Shown in pieces: positions 38,701 through 51,261 of a DNA stretch of 64,000 nt. The stretch covers positions 3,882,599-3,946,598 of the forward strand of contig CAJINV010000010.1 in NCBI GenBank assembly GCA_905178155.1. Reading direction: 5' to 3'. This DNA is from Amoebophrya sp. A120. Its lineage: Eukaryota; Protista; Dinoflagellata. Within the stretch, counting starts at the first letter, position 1, and the number at the start of each line of letters is the position of its first letter. The translations under genes and the position numbers were made by a program. The notes below the pieces were generated by a model, which was not told the origin of the DNA, searched no databases, and worked only from the letters and a program-made list of their open reading frames with translations.

Positions 38701-40725
38701 AGTAGATTTACTTTTACATTTAGAGTTAGCAGCTTTTCCATTTTTCCGATGTCCAACCTCTGACGCTTTGATAGCCAACATTGCCCGTGGGTGCAGCTCG
38801 AGCTGTCCGGCGTCAGCACCGGAGCCAAGGTGGGCGCAGTGGAGCTGACGAGCTACATCTCCGGCGACGGGCTGTTTCGGCTGCGCCGCCTCTTTTTCGA
38901 CAAGAAATACGATGGAAACACTTGGAACGCCACCGACCCGGCGAAGATCGAGTCGAACGTGACCGACCAGCAGAACGCCGGGTTTCGGGTCCTCCTCCAG
39001 AGCGAACCCCGCGACCGCTCCGCTACCTCGAGATGGTTTCACCAGTACGTGACACACAAAGAGACCGGGGTGACGCGCATCCGGGAATGGTGGCAAGGTA
39101 CTGGAAAAGGGGAGACCTGCGACGCCCTGTCGACCAGCAGCGCGGCCCAGGTGTGTGAACACGTGGTTTGCGAAATTGGGGAAACGTGCAAGGACCAATT
39201 CGTGCCAGACGCTACCATTGATGGGGTCGGTACCGCCACGGTGGACTGCGGAGGCAAGGAAGGAAAGTACTTGATCATCGAGTTGCCGGGGGTTGTGCCG
39301 GGAGATTCTCCAGACACCCGCATCTTGAACCTGAACGAAGTGAAAGTGTTTGCGTTTGCGCGCCGCGCATGCGACACCTTCGATCAACAAGCCAACTGCC
39401 CCTCCGATCGCTGCGCGTGGGCCGACGGAAATTGCGGCGACAAGACTGCCGACCCAGCTGCGTGCGACACCTACGATCAGGCCACCTGTCCCTCCGATCG
39501 ATGCGCGTGGGCCGACGAGAAGTGCGGCGACAAGACTACCGAACCAGCCGCATGCGACACCTACGAAGAGGCCACCTGTCCCTCCGATCGATGCGCCTGG
39601 GCCGACGACAAGTGCGGTGACAAGACTCCAGGTACTTGTTGTCGCAATTTTCTTTTGTTCTAATAAGCAGCTCGCTCGTTGACGTGAACATTCTTTTTTG
39701 CGAGAATGATTGCACGAAGTCTGCAAATCATGTTGGCGAAAAACAAAAACATACTTCTAGCTTTTACTTACTCCTGGCTTGAACTTGTTCCACGTCATTT
39801 TTGTAACATCAACAGAAGCCTGCAGCACACTGGCCGAGGATGAGTGTGCTGCCCGGTCCGCCGATTGCACTTGGGATGCCGACGCAACCACTTGTGGGGA
39901 CAAGTCCGCGTCCGGACAGCAAGCTATCGTATGTAAAAACGTACCCACCCCATAGTCAAGATGGGGAATCGGCTAGACAAATCCGCGAGCTTTGCCTGTT
40001 TCGCATGACAAATTTGGACGCGTAGTGTAGTGCTGTTTGAGCTAGTTCAGCAGCATTACAAATCTAGTCTCTCATGCTGATTGGAGCATGACAAATTTCA
40101 AAACACCATTAGCAAATGCTTCTCATGGGGCTCCGCATGAGAAACATTTTAAGCATGCAGATTTGCATGACAACTATGGTGTGGGAACGTTTTTACACAG
40201 GATACAAGCCTGCAGCACCTTTACCGCAGCTGAGGACTGCGACGAGAGTCGTTGCACCTGGGACGCTATGCAGTGCAAAAGTATCGTACTCGTATAAATG
40301 CATTACAGATTTCCTCAGCATGAGCGATAAAGTTTGTAATGCGGATTTACCTTAAAAAAGAGATTTGTAATGCAAGACTTGCATTAGCATTCATACGAGT
40401 GCGATACTTTTGCACAGGATAGACGCAAACGCCGACGAGGGGGAATATGACAGTGCACAACTCGTCCCCCTCCCCTTCATTTGTGCGGCAAGAACAGCAA
40501 CACAAGCAACGACAGCGATGCCACTTCCGCATGACAAATTTGCACGCTTGTAGTGCGGTTTGGGGTTCCAAAATTTGGCATGCAGACACTGCCTAGGGCC
40601 AGGGTCGTGTGGACTTGGTATTTTGCATCATTTATAGAAATGTATAAAGGGGAGGTGGGGTTGAGGTTGTGCACTCTCATAGGAAAAAGTGCTCCGACGT
40701 TGAAAAATATCCAGTGCAAAAGTGA
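35739..40725 (+). CDS. large secreted Cys-rich protein with two F-type lectin/discoidin-like domains and Cys repeats
   Basis: Twice CPWVQLEL...TVDC.GK.GKYL.IELPG...RILNLNEVKVF; C-terminal CxxxxxxxC...CxW repeats; introners 37114-37407, 37563-37903, 38364-38773, 39925-40204, 40267-40421, 40446-40681. Confidence 0.75.
39366..39628 (+). repeat. three about 90-bp coding repeats (ACDTYDQATCPSDRCAWADEKCGDKT)
   Basis: Directly visible in DNA and translation. Confidence 0.9.
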
Positions 40726-42619
40726 TGTCTCCGCCTCATGATTTTTTTTATGCGACGTCTTGGTGTTCGCTGTGACAATGAAAAAGGAACACGATGCCCT
40801 CTTTGATGTTTCTTCATGCAAAATAAAGAACCCGCCTCAGCCTCAGTGGGAAGTTTCTTTTTGGTCGTGGTACAGTGTCAGTGAGAAGTACTTTTTACTT
40901 ACTTACACAACCGCGACCTTATCTCGAGGCCAGTTATTTGTCATGCGAATATACGCGGCTCGGGCTCGCTCCAACTGAATTTTCAGACTAACTAGGACTG
41001 CAAGATGAACCTTTCGCGTTCTTGATCTTCTATTGAAATAAAGCCTGCCGCTCCCATGCCTGGAACTTACAGCGAAAATAATTATGTCGCAATGATCACC
41101 TTCACCAGTTGGAGACAGTTTTTTGCACTGTGATACTCAGGACGAAGAGGCGGAGGAGGATTGCTGCGGCTACTGAGCAACCGCTTCTCACAATTTGTGG
41201 ATGCGCATCGCTCGTCCGGAATCACCGGCAGCAAAAAATGGCGAACTACCTTTAATACCGTCGTGTAAGTCAATGGCTCACCAGTTTCACCCCCAGCTCA
41301 ATTTCTATTTCACAGAAAAGTCACCGCATGATTGGGAAGGGATACTAGTCATCGGAATTCTTTCGAAAATATTTCCAGAACAAGTGGCCTAGAATTTTTT
41401 TTTTATGGGCAGAGTATTACAGTCAGAAAACATGATCGCCACTCCTTCATTTCATATCATCTTCTAGATCTAGCACAGCAGGCACGACCACCATCGCATA
41501 TACAAACAAGAACAACAGAAAGACCCAATTACAATTTTTTATTTGAACCCTTAGTCCTGAGCAGGCAAAGATTTTGTTCGTATCCCGAATTTTATCTTCG
41601 ATCTTCACTTCTTCTGCAATTTTACACACATGGATCATGAGCTTTATTTCTTTTTGCAGTGAAAAAACTAAAACCTCAACAAACTCCGCGTGTGCGAGAG
41701 GAGTTCTTGTACAAGATCGCGCAGGGAACCAGCTGGAGGCACTGCTGCGTCTATAATCGACGTATGCTTTCCTTGTCCTGCCACCTTGTCTAGGTTCCTT
41801 CTCGTCACGCGTCCGTTTTGCTTCGTATCCCGAAACAAAATTTAGTTTGGAACCGTTGCCGCAAGTAGAGGACCTCCGTGGTTCTTCTTCTTCGGGTTGT
41901 AGCACGGGGCATAGGTGGTACTCATCTTGAAGTTAGCACATTACTTGTCATCATCGCGAGAAGTAGTAGGCTACACATGATTGTGATGCAAACAAGAGCT
42001 GCAGGCTCCATGACACGACCAGAAGGAGGACCACTACATGCGAAGTAGAAGTTAGTACTTGATCGAGGTTACAGAATAAAAAAGTCGTCAGACCACTACT
42101 TTTGTCGTCGTGGTCGAGGAACAGGTACTGCTATGGAAGTAGTGCAGCTTCTGTTCATGATCTTCAACTTTGATTAATAGCAGCCGGTCGTGTAGTTGAG
42201 CGTGACGTCGTGGGTGCTGTCTTCTTGCCCATATAACAGAGAGAACTTGAACTAGAAGTACTCCGCTCGTTGAAGTCTTTGCGCACTGCTTCGTCTACAG
42301 TAGTACATGAGAGACAGTAGAAACCAGCTTTACGTGGAACAACTGTGATGAGGGTTTCTCATTTGATTATCTCCTTTTGTCGTCGTCGTCTTTGCACTTT
42401 CGCCTTTCTGCTCGGTGACAGGAAGATTTGAAGAGTTATGTCAGCAAAGCAAAGGTATAACAAGAGTCAGACTTGAAGAAACCCGAGCGTCTGTTTCCAC
42501 ATGTTGAAGCGAGTCCGACTTGTTCCATTCAGATCTCGATAAAAGTATACCACAGTCAACCGATCTTGCTCTTGGCAAGCAAGGTAATAGCAAATCGAAA
42601 GGCAGAGAAAACTCCAACT

Positions 42620-45600
42620 ATGCCCTCCTCTCCTGCCGGCGGCCCGGAGGCGAAGCTGCGCCCCGGGGAATCGCCGGACGCAGCCGTATCCAATGCAAAA
42701 GTATCGTAGTCGTAGCAATCGCAGTCATGCATTGCAAATCTTTTTCGTAAGGCAATTCCCCATTACAAATTTCGTTTCTCATGCTGAGGAATGCAATTAT
42801 ACGAGTACGATACTTTTGCAATGCATAAGCCGAGGAGCGTGGCAATGAGGCGATGACCGTATCAAACGCAAATATGTTTGGGTGTGGGAGATGAATGCAA
42901 GACTTGTCATGCTTGGCAGAATGGAGAGAAACAAAAGCAAAACCTGGCATGCCTGAAACGATGCATCAAGCCCCTTCGTCTTTGTCATGACACAAACGCA
43001 GTTTCTCATGCGGATTGCGGATGACATACACATAACAGCTCAGTCAAGAACTTGTGTTGTGTGGGGGCTCCAACGAGAAGGCTCAAGGCTGCGCACCATG
43101 CATCACAAATTTCCAGACCTAGAACCGCATTTGCGATCCATAGATCGAAGCGTTTAACAAGTTGGTACATGCGATCGACTATGCATCGCAAAAGTATCGT
43201 ATTTAGTAGTAATTGCATTACAAATTAGCTCAGCATGACAAATGGAATCTGTCACGCGGATTTACCTAATAAAGAACTAGATTTGTAATGCATAATTGCG
43301 ATAATTTCTACGACTTTTGCAATGCATATCGACGGGGAGCGATCCAAGATCAAGCAGTCTTGGACCAGCGTAAACGAGCAGTACCAGAAGACCCAGCAAT
43401 TCTGCAACGAATTGAAGCAAGAGACAGAGCAGTGGATCCAGGGCGAAAAAGCAAAAATCGAGGCGGCGTGGCAGGAGATCGAGGCGACAAGGAACATATG
43501 CATTGCAAAAGTATCGCACTCGTATAAACGCATGACAAATTTCCTCAGCATTACAAATGTAAATTTGTAATGCGGATTCGCCTTGATTGCTAGATTTGTA
43601 ATGCATGCCTGCGATTACTACGAGTACGATACTTTTGCACAGGATAGAACAGTCTGAAAGTGCTGGACTCGAGCGATGACACCTTGCTCAAACTCAGCTG
43701 CTCCGGAGTGAATTTCCAATTGAGAAAAGGTATTATATTATTTCAAGCACAGGCGCTTGAAGGATTATAGTTGTCGTTTTCGTGCATAATTCTTAACATA
43801 CACGGGAGACCGTCGAGACGCACGATTTGTAGTGAAGATGCACAGGCACAAGAATTGGTATTGGAATATAATCTGCACAACGTCAACATCAACGTCAAAA
43901 ATTTCTAAAACCCTAGGTGCCCTCGCTTTCGTCCCGGATTCCCATCTGAATGCGCTGTTTGCGGCAGAAAGCTCGCTGAAGAAGGACGCAGACGGCCGAT
44001 ACGTGCTGGATTTCAATCCCGAATGCTTCGCTCTCATTCTGGATTACGTGAAAAACAAAGCGCTAGCACCGGACAAAAGTACAACTGATGTTGACATTGA
44101 GATTGCCATGCCGATCGTGAATTTTTGTTTGCGCATCATCATGCGCATGACATACCACATTTCTGCGACTGCGTGTTTCACTGCATCAGGAACTGTTTGA
44201 AATCAAAGGTACCGTCGTCCCCATACCACCGATACCCGCAGAGCAAAGAACAAATATGATAGTCGTGCACAGCCCCCCGCCTCTGCTTCCCATTCGAGTG
44301 GCATGAGCAGTATATCGAAACACCAGTAAACATGGAGCCTGTGGTGCATGACATGAACAATGCCCTAGACCGAATGTAGTACAACTACGTGGAGGGCTTG
44401 CGGAATCATTTGTCGTGCAGACTGTGCCATCAAAGGGCGTGAACTGGATCTGGCTTTTTGCGCGACAACTGAGGGGGAAAGGGGGTTGTGCACTCTCATA
44501 ACGAACATGGACTTGCTGTGCGAAGCCTTGAAATAAGAACTGCAAATAGAAAGTCGTTTCTACTTGGGTCTGAAATGAATAAGCCTGTTATGCTGAGTTG
44601 TGCTGAGAGAGTTATCGATGAAATAAAGCCGCATACGCACACCACGAGCTGCATTTGGGCATGATAATTAAAGTAAGACGTAAAAAGAAATACAAGTCGC
44701 ACCAGTTTTTAAGTACTCTATTTTCCAGACCCAGTTCCACTCGATGAATATTTGCAATGCACAGGGAATTTACGTACTTCCTCCCCCCAAACGAGATGGT
44801 GAAGAATCACGGGACTAGTTTGATTGTCACATCAAACATATCCTACGTAAAAACGTCCTAATACCATAGTCAAGGTGGGAGATCTGCAACACAAATCTCC
44901 AAGTTTTGGGAGTTCTGCATGACAGGTTTCCATCTGCAGCGTACTGCTGGTTAGAAAGGAAAGCCGCATGTGAAAGCCATGCGCTGACGCTGTTTACAGC
45001 AATAAGTACAAATTCCAGAACACGACTGGAAATGCCTCTCAGTCTCAAGGAGATGCGCATTACAAATTTTCCTGTCACTGAACATTTGCATGACAACTCT
45101 GGGGTGCGGACGCTTTTACACAGGATAAAACACCGCGGAAAGCACGCACGACGGCTGGCAGTTGATCTCGGCGGCACACCCCTTGCGAAACAGCAGAAGA
45201 GGCTACTTCGAGGCGAAGGTATATGAATGTGAAGTCTGTGCATGATGACAAGATCTTCTTGTGATGCCCGTCTGTGCATAGACAAATAGAAAGTTAAAGC
45301 TCAGCACTGTGACTGTCAGTCAGCTTCTCTATCGGCAAAAATGAACCAGATCGAATCCAATTCGGACCCCCGTGGTGGCCTGGCGATCGGCGTGACCGCT
45401 GTGCAGCCGAGTGGTGATACGATCCACCAGCTGAAGCAGAAATTTGGTGTACTTTACAACAGCAACAACGGGGTGATCGACGCGGATTGCACGGGAACGA
45501 CGGACGTTACGAAGCAGGTCATGTTTAAGGAGGGCTCGGTCATCGGGTGCGAGTACAACCCGGATACCTTCCTGGTCCGGTGGTTTTTCTATGACAGTGC

Positions 45601-45961
45601 ACAACTCCCCCTCCCCCACATTGGTATAGCATCAACGGCAATACAAGCATCATCAAAAGTGCCGGCTTTGCATGACAAAGTTGCACTGGAGTGTAGTGCT
45701 ATTTGGGGTACCAGAACTTGTCATGCAAACAGTGCCAAGGAAGAGGCAAGTGGTGGATTCGGTATTTTGCGTGACAAATGAGGGGGAGGGGGAGTTGTGC
45801 ACTCTCATACTTTCAACTCCCAGCTTATCGGCAGCTGCTCCGTGAAAGCGGAAAAAACGGACAAGTTTGCGGTGGTCTACCCAGTGTTCGGGCTCTACGC
45901 GAAGGGACAGAAGATAAAAATCGACTTCCAGGCCCTGCTGCCGCCGAGTGCGTCCAGTTGA
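42620..45961 (+). CDS. coiled-coil + BTB/POZ (KCTD-type) + SPRY-like protein
   Basis: LKLSCSGVNFQLRK|GALAFVPDSHLNALF...DGRYVLDFNPECFALILDYV (BTB); GYFEAK...LAIGV...GSVIGCEY...VYPVFGLY (SPRY); introners 42687-42827, 42860-43142, 43180-43328, 43497-43646, 44255-44500, 44839-45127, 45590-45809. Confidence 0.8.
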
Positions 45962-47625
45962 GGTGCGACACGGGGCGGGGACAGCTACTTACTTTGATGT
46001 GTCGGAATAGATGAAGGTGAAATTAAGAAATGCCCTGGTATTCATACAAATTTCTACACTCTCCTCCTTTAGGTTCATTGTACAAACTGACACCCAATCT
46101 CAATCTATCTGTAAAAAAGCTCCAGCAACAAGAGCTTCTATTCCTTGCTACACTATTGGTAGTACCCGATAATTTCTGTATGATGCTAGTTTGCAAAAGA
46201 GAATGAGGAAATTTTCCTAGAATCATCCTGGATACTTAAATCAAATGTAGTTTTCCTGTCCGATGAAGGTTTATTGAACTGGATGCTGAATCTGAAACCC
46301 AGAACCCACGACAAGATTGATTCTTGGGGTGGCGTGTAAGAATGTAAATGAAGATTCCAAATGTACCTTGCAAGTATTACTTCCGAACTACAAGCGGGCA
46401 CGCAATGCCCGCAAGTACAAAGTCATCTTTGTTGGCTCTTCTGAGCAACTTAGTGACATCGGTTTTATCGGGAGCACGACCAGTCTCTGTTGCATCTTGC
46501 AGATCACGCGTGCTGCTCCTGACCCGAGTGTTCTTTTTTCCCAGTTGTGATCATAAAAACAGGCTCCGCTTCTCAGGTTGTAGCACTTATTTTCGTGTTG
46601 GTGCACGCCGGTCGGTCCAGGAGAGGCATTTGCTCGTTTTCTCATCGATCCAGTGCTGATCTTCGGTTTGTGATGTCGTGCCAGAAGAATTCTTGATAAA
46701 AATAAGGATTTGGAAGTTCATGATGGACGCGTTCACGTTTTGATTGTGGCAAAAACGTGCCTGAAATCTTGCCAACGTTTGCTTCCACTGTCGTAGTGCG
46801 TCTGCGTTTCCTGACTACGACAGGGATTTGCCGCCCTTTCGAGCGCCTACAAGACGATAAAAGCAGCCGTCAGTGGAGGTCTGTTCGTATCTAGACACGG
46901 CGGGACGCTGACTTGAGCCAGCGAAAACCCCTCTTCGGCGGAGGATAATTCCAGTTTTAGGTCGTATCTGGAGACGAACACGCGTCCGAAGCCGCGGCCC
47001 CGCACCCACCTACACGGAGGCTTGATTGGCGCCGCGCAGATCAACTTCGCCAAAGTTTATTGAGATTGACCCCCGAAAAGATCCCAAAAAGAAAAAAAGA
47101 CGGCAAGGGACAAAAAAGAAACAGCCGCGCCCCATTTCTGTGCACGATCCCAAAAGAAAAAAAGACGGCAGGGACATTCATTTTTTTTGCCGCAGGGGCC
47201 GGGGGTCAACATACATGTTCCACATCTCGGGCCTCCCGTTTCCCTGACCGAAATCTCGCGCTGCACGAATTTCGCGTCTTTGCCGGGGACAGTAAACGTC
47301 GACCGGGGAGCGGTTTCCGAGCGGGACAGAACTGTTTGACGCCTTGGCAAGGGCTGTTCCTGATCCCAGACGAGCACGACGTCGTGTCTGAAGACGAACG
47401 TGCGAACGAGCGACGCGGCCCGCGCAACAGAACCAGGACGCCAGTTTACGCCTGGCATCCATCGATTCTGCTCCAGCCAAACCACTGGAAAGCGCAGAAA
47501 AACGGGAAAAACCGGGAGAAAGCAACAAGGCAACAGATAGAGATCAGCAGTTTTTAGGTGTAAACGGCAAGCAGCAGCATAGCGAAACAAACGCGCGAGG
47601 GCGAGGGGTATAGAGCTGGAAGTGA

Positions 47626-48924
47626 ATGGTCACGCTGTTGCCTCCGCTTGAAGAAGACGAACACCTCCACACACAGGACTCCGTATCAAGCAGACGCCTC
47701 GACACTGCGATATGCGCGTCACGGCCCGTTGCCATGTCTCCGGCTTCGGGCGACGTTGCAATGAACATTAGCGACGACACGAAGAACAGGAGATCAACGC
47801 TAACCGCGCGCTTCGGACCATCGAGCAGCTGGGCGGGCCAGCAGGACGATCGCCCGGAGTCGTCGATACCGCTGTTCCAGGCTAAAGGCACCTGTGCCAG
47901 CGCTAGTCCGTGGCTTCGCGACGAAACTGTTTTCCCGCAAGCAGCTGTACGGCGGAACGTAGACTCTACGTTGTTGGACCTGAACAACAGATTTGTAGCT
48001 GGTCCGTCGTCATCCTCCTACGCCCTAGCAACAACAGGGTCGTCGCGGGCAGCCCAGCGATCGCAGCCTGTGTCCGTAATAGACATCTCCACCCCCTCCC
48101 CGAAAAGACAAGCTTCAGTGCAGAACACAGAGTTCTGCGGACCTGCCCCCAACCCTGATACGAGCATGGGGGGCGGACGATACAAGAACGACTGGAGCAG
48201 AGCCGCAGGGAGCGGGAACGCGGGGCGAGGCTACGGCAGACAGGGGCGCGACTGGTACGACGGGAACGACCGCTACAACGAAGCCAGAGGTGGCCGTGGC
48301 CGCGACCACTCGAACGACCGCGATTGGCGACACCATGAACGTGGGGAGGGTGACCGTGGAACCAGATACCACGGTGACCGTGACCAGCAGGAAGGTGGAT
48401 TTGACAGCAACAGAGACAACTACCACAGCCCAACCCGCCGAGGGCATCCGCACTACCAGGTGCAGGGGAGCAGCAGCAACAACAGCAACAACGCCTCGCA
48501 CCGACCTCCATCTGCCCGTCGAGATGAGGAGATTGAGCGCCCGGGGAGAGGAAGAGGAAGGCGAGGGGGGAAAGGGAACGGCAAGCGGGGTGGCAAGCCG
48601 GAGCGGCGTGAGATCCGCACTGACATTCCGGCCCCAGACTGGCGAGTTTGCTCCAGCGGGGAGTCTGAGGGATGGGTAAGCCACGTCGTGGAGCGGGACA
48701 ACTACGGCTTCATCGTACCACGCAAGCGGCTCGAGTATAACGAGTGGAAAGCAGGACTTGACGCCGACATCAAAGCCACCGAGGTGGAGCTGCAGGACGT
48801 TTACCACGCTACGATTATGTTCCACTACAACCAGGTCCTGCAAGGCACCCCGGCCCGCCCGCGCATTTCTCATCGATCCCGTGCTGATCTTCGGTTTGTG
48901 ATGTCGTGCCAGATGAAGTTGTAG
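47626..48924 (+). pseudogene. RG-rich ORF with a truncated cold-shock/OB-like domain (captured gene fragment?)
   Basis: RGG-rich tract then EGWVSHVVERDNYGFIVP...IMFHYNQV; the frame runs into the direct repeat and stops there; no introners. Confidence 0.45.
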
Positions 48925-49647
48925 TTAACGCTGGACCGCCCGGTGTAAAAATAAATTCAAAATGATTTCAAACTGAATTCAAAATGTAAGGGTTTTCGAA
49001 AATCCGTTTATTTTTGCGGAATTTGCATAGCAGTCGGACACGAAGATTCCGCACAACATGACTGGGTTATTAGGGCGCTGCTTGAGGAGGATTTTGTTCA
49101 CACGATTAGGAGGAAACCGTATCCGGGGCTGCGTGTGGCTTCTATGCACAGAAGCTTCAACATCCTGACCAGAGTTGCGATCACCTGCAGCTGAACCAGC
49201 ATAGATACAGGGTGAGGCAAATCGGGGCGCCATCGCGAAGAAGCTTCTAGAACCGACGCCAACCTTTAGGCGGGGCGGCCTGCGATCGCAATTTCTTTCT
49301 CCTCGTCCACCAACACCACCCTCGACCATCACGCTTTTATGTCTACCTAGCATCAGAAATTATCCACTTATAAATAAAAGTATTTATCTATGTGTCGACA
49401 GCACAGCAGTAATTTTGCAGCCACTTGAATCGATTGCATACCCCGCGCGAAGCCAGTCAAGCTGGTATCGAGTGCCTTCCAACCGAATCCAAGGAGCGCA
49501 TCACGGAGGACGAAGTACGAGCAGCGGTTTGGACTGGAAGTGGACGAGCACCGGCGGCACGGGAGGGGCGTCAGCATTTTGCTCAACCCGCAGTATGCGA
49601 AGAGGGGCGGTCTTGAGCATGCAGAACAAGCTTCATGATGCGACTGT

Positions 49648-50571
49648 TTGGAGTTGGACCCGACCGAAGCAGACGTGAAACAAACAGGGCGATGCCAGCG
49701 CTCTTCTTCGCATGGATTCATTGCAGCTACAGCACTAGGCAGTGGCGCAACATTTTTCGAAAATGCAGGCGGGCGTCCTTGCGATTGGACCGGACTGCTA
49801 CTTCTGGCAGATATGGTTCTGACCCACATCTCAACAAGCCTACTCGCGGCCGGTCGCGGAAAGTTAACAGCACCGTCGGGAAATAATAACGCCGCAAGCA
49901 CAGGCCCGAAAACTAGCGAGGCACTTACCGTCGACTTCTCCCGGGGGACCAGCAAGCCTGGCCCCGGTTGCCACGTAGTCCCCCTTCCTTCCCATTGCGA
50001 GCAGCATGGAGTCGGAACATCGTTGGAGGAGGGAGCCTATCTGTATTTATTGAAGGTGGGGGCGGATCCGGTCGCATGGGAGAAGCAGGTGAACGCTGTG
50101 GGGCGACTGGTTGGCAACCATCAGCTTTCGGTGCAGGCCAAGATCATGCAGGAGTTGCCCTCCCGTCTGCACGTGCCGGTCGGCCCAGATCGACAGCTTT
50201 TGCTGCTGCCACCTGAAGCAAACAACGGCCTCATGAATAAGTACACCAAGGCATTCAAGCAGTACCTCGTCGGGACTCCGTATGGCCTGCGCAGATCCTC
50301 GGAAACGGGAACAGAGAAGGAGCGGGAGGTCGCCTCCGCGTTGCAGAGGCTCAGCATTGATGTCGATGCTCGGGGGCAGAAGCAGTTGACATTCGTCTTC
50401 ACAGATGACGAGCTGCACCAACATGGCGGCGCAGACAAGGCGAAACTGGCAATGTTGGGCGTCATGCAATCAGTTACGAGGGGGATACGGCCTATCAGTT
50501 TTTCCCGGTGGATCCGGAGTGGCGATGACTTGAGCCGCATCGTGATCGTTTTCTCATCGATCCCGTGCTGA
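49648..50571 (+). pseudogene. uncharacterised ORF fragment in the second cassette
   Basis: 307-aa ORF terminating inside the third direct repeat; no introners. Confidence 0.3.
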
Positions 50572-51261
50572 TCTTCGGTTTGTGATGTCGTGCCAGATGA
50601 AGTTGTAGATGGTAGACCAAGAACTACGCTGATCAAGCTCGTTCTGGTGTACAGAAGAACGATCCATGTCGTGCAGTTGTGATTCAGATCAAGCAGTTTG
50701 CAGTTCTACTTGATGCCATACCTACACGGCGAAGATCTGACACAACGTGAGGATGATCTTTCTGGAAGTGAGAAGGTCAGCCCAGCACAAGTGGTTCTGC
50801 GTCAACTACGAACGTGTGGCTGTATCCTGCTTGTTGCTTATTTGTCATTACCATCTTCAAGGCGAACTTCGTGCGCAAATCCGGACTGTGAAACACTTTT
50901 AACTGTAATGAAAGAGCCTTCTCGGCTTGTCAATTGGTAGCTTGCTTCTCTTCAAAGAGGCAATGTTATAGACAACATTTCTAATTTACAACTCACAGCG
51001 ACAAACACTGACACTGAGTAGAAATTTACTACGACGTTTTTGGCGACATGATTTACTTATTTACATTCAACAAAAATCACGAACTTTGAGTTTCTCTTCT
51101 GGCTTACGTAACAAAAATCAAAACTATTATTTCGTATACGAGCCGTTTCCAATTCCATCCCCCTACACGTTACCTCCCCACTCGTCCCCTCCCCGAAAAA
51201 AAAAATAACTACACACACGACTACGTGTTATGTTTGACACAAGAAGAAGAGCAACTTGAAA

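Larger units (their letters stand above)
46638..50608. repeat. three copies of a 47-59 bp direct repeat bracketing two cassettes
   Basis: TTTCTCATCGATCC(C/A)GTGCTGATCTTCGGTTTGTGATGTCGTGCCAGA at about 46638, 48866 and 50550. Confidence 0.9.

Noticed and set aside
46638-50608. CRISPR array or integron
   Set aside because: Only three repeats with kilobase spacers, no cas or integrase gene, eukaryotic context
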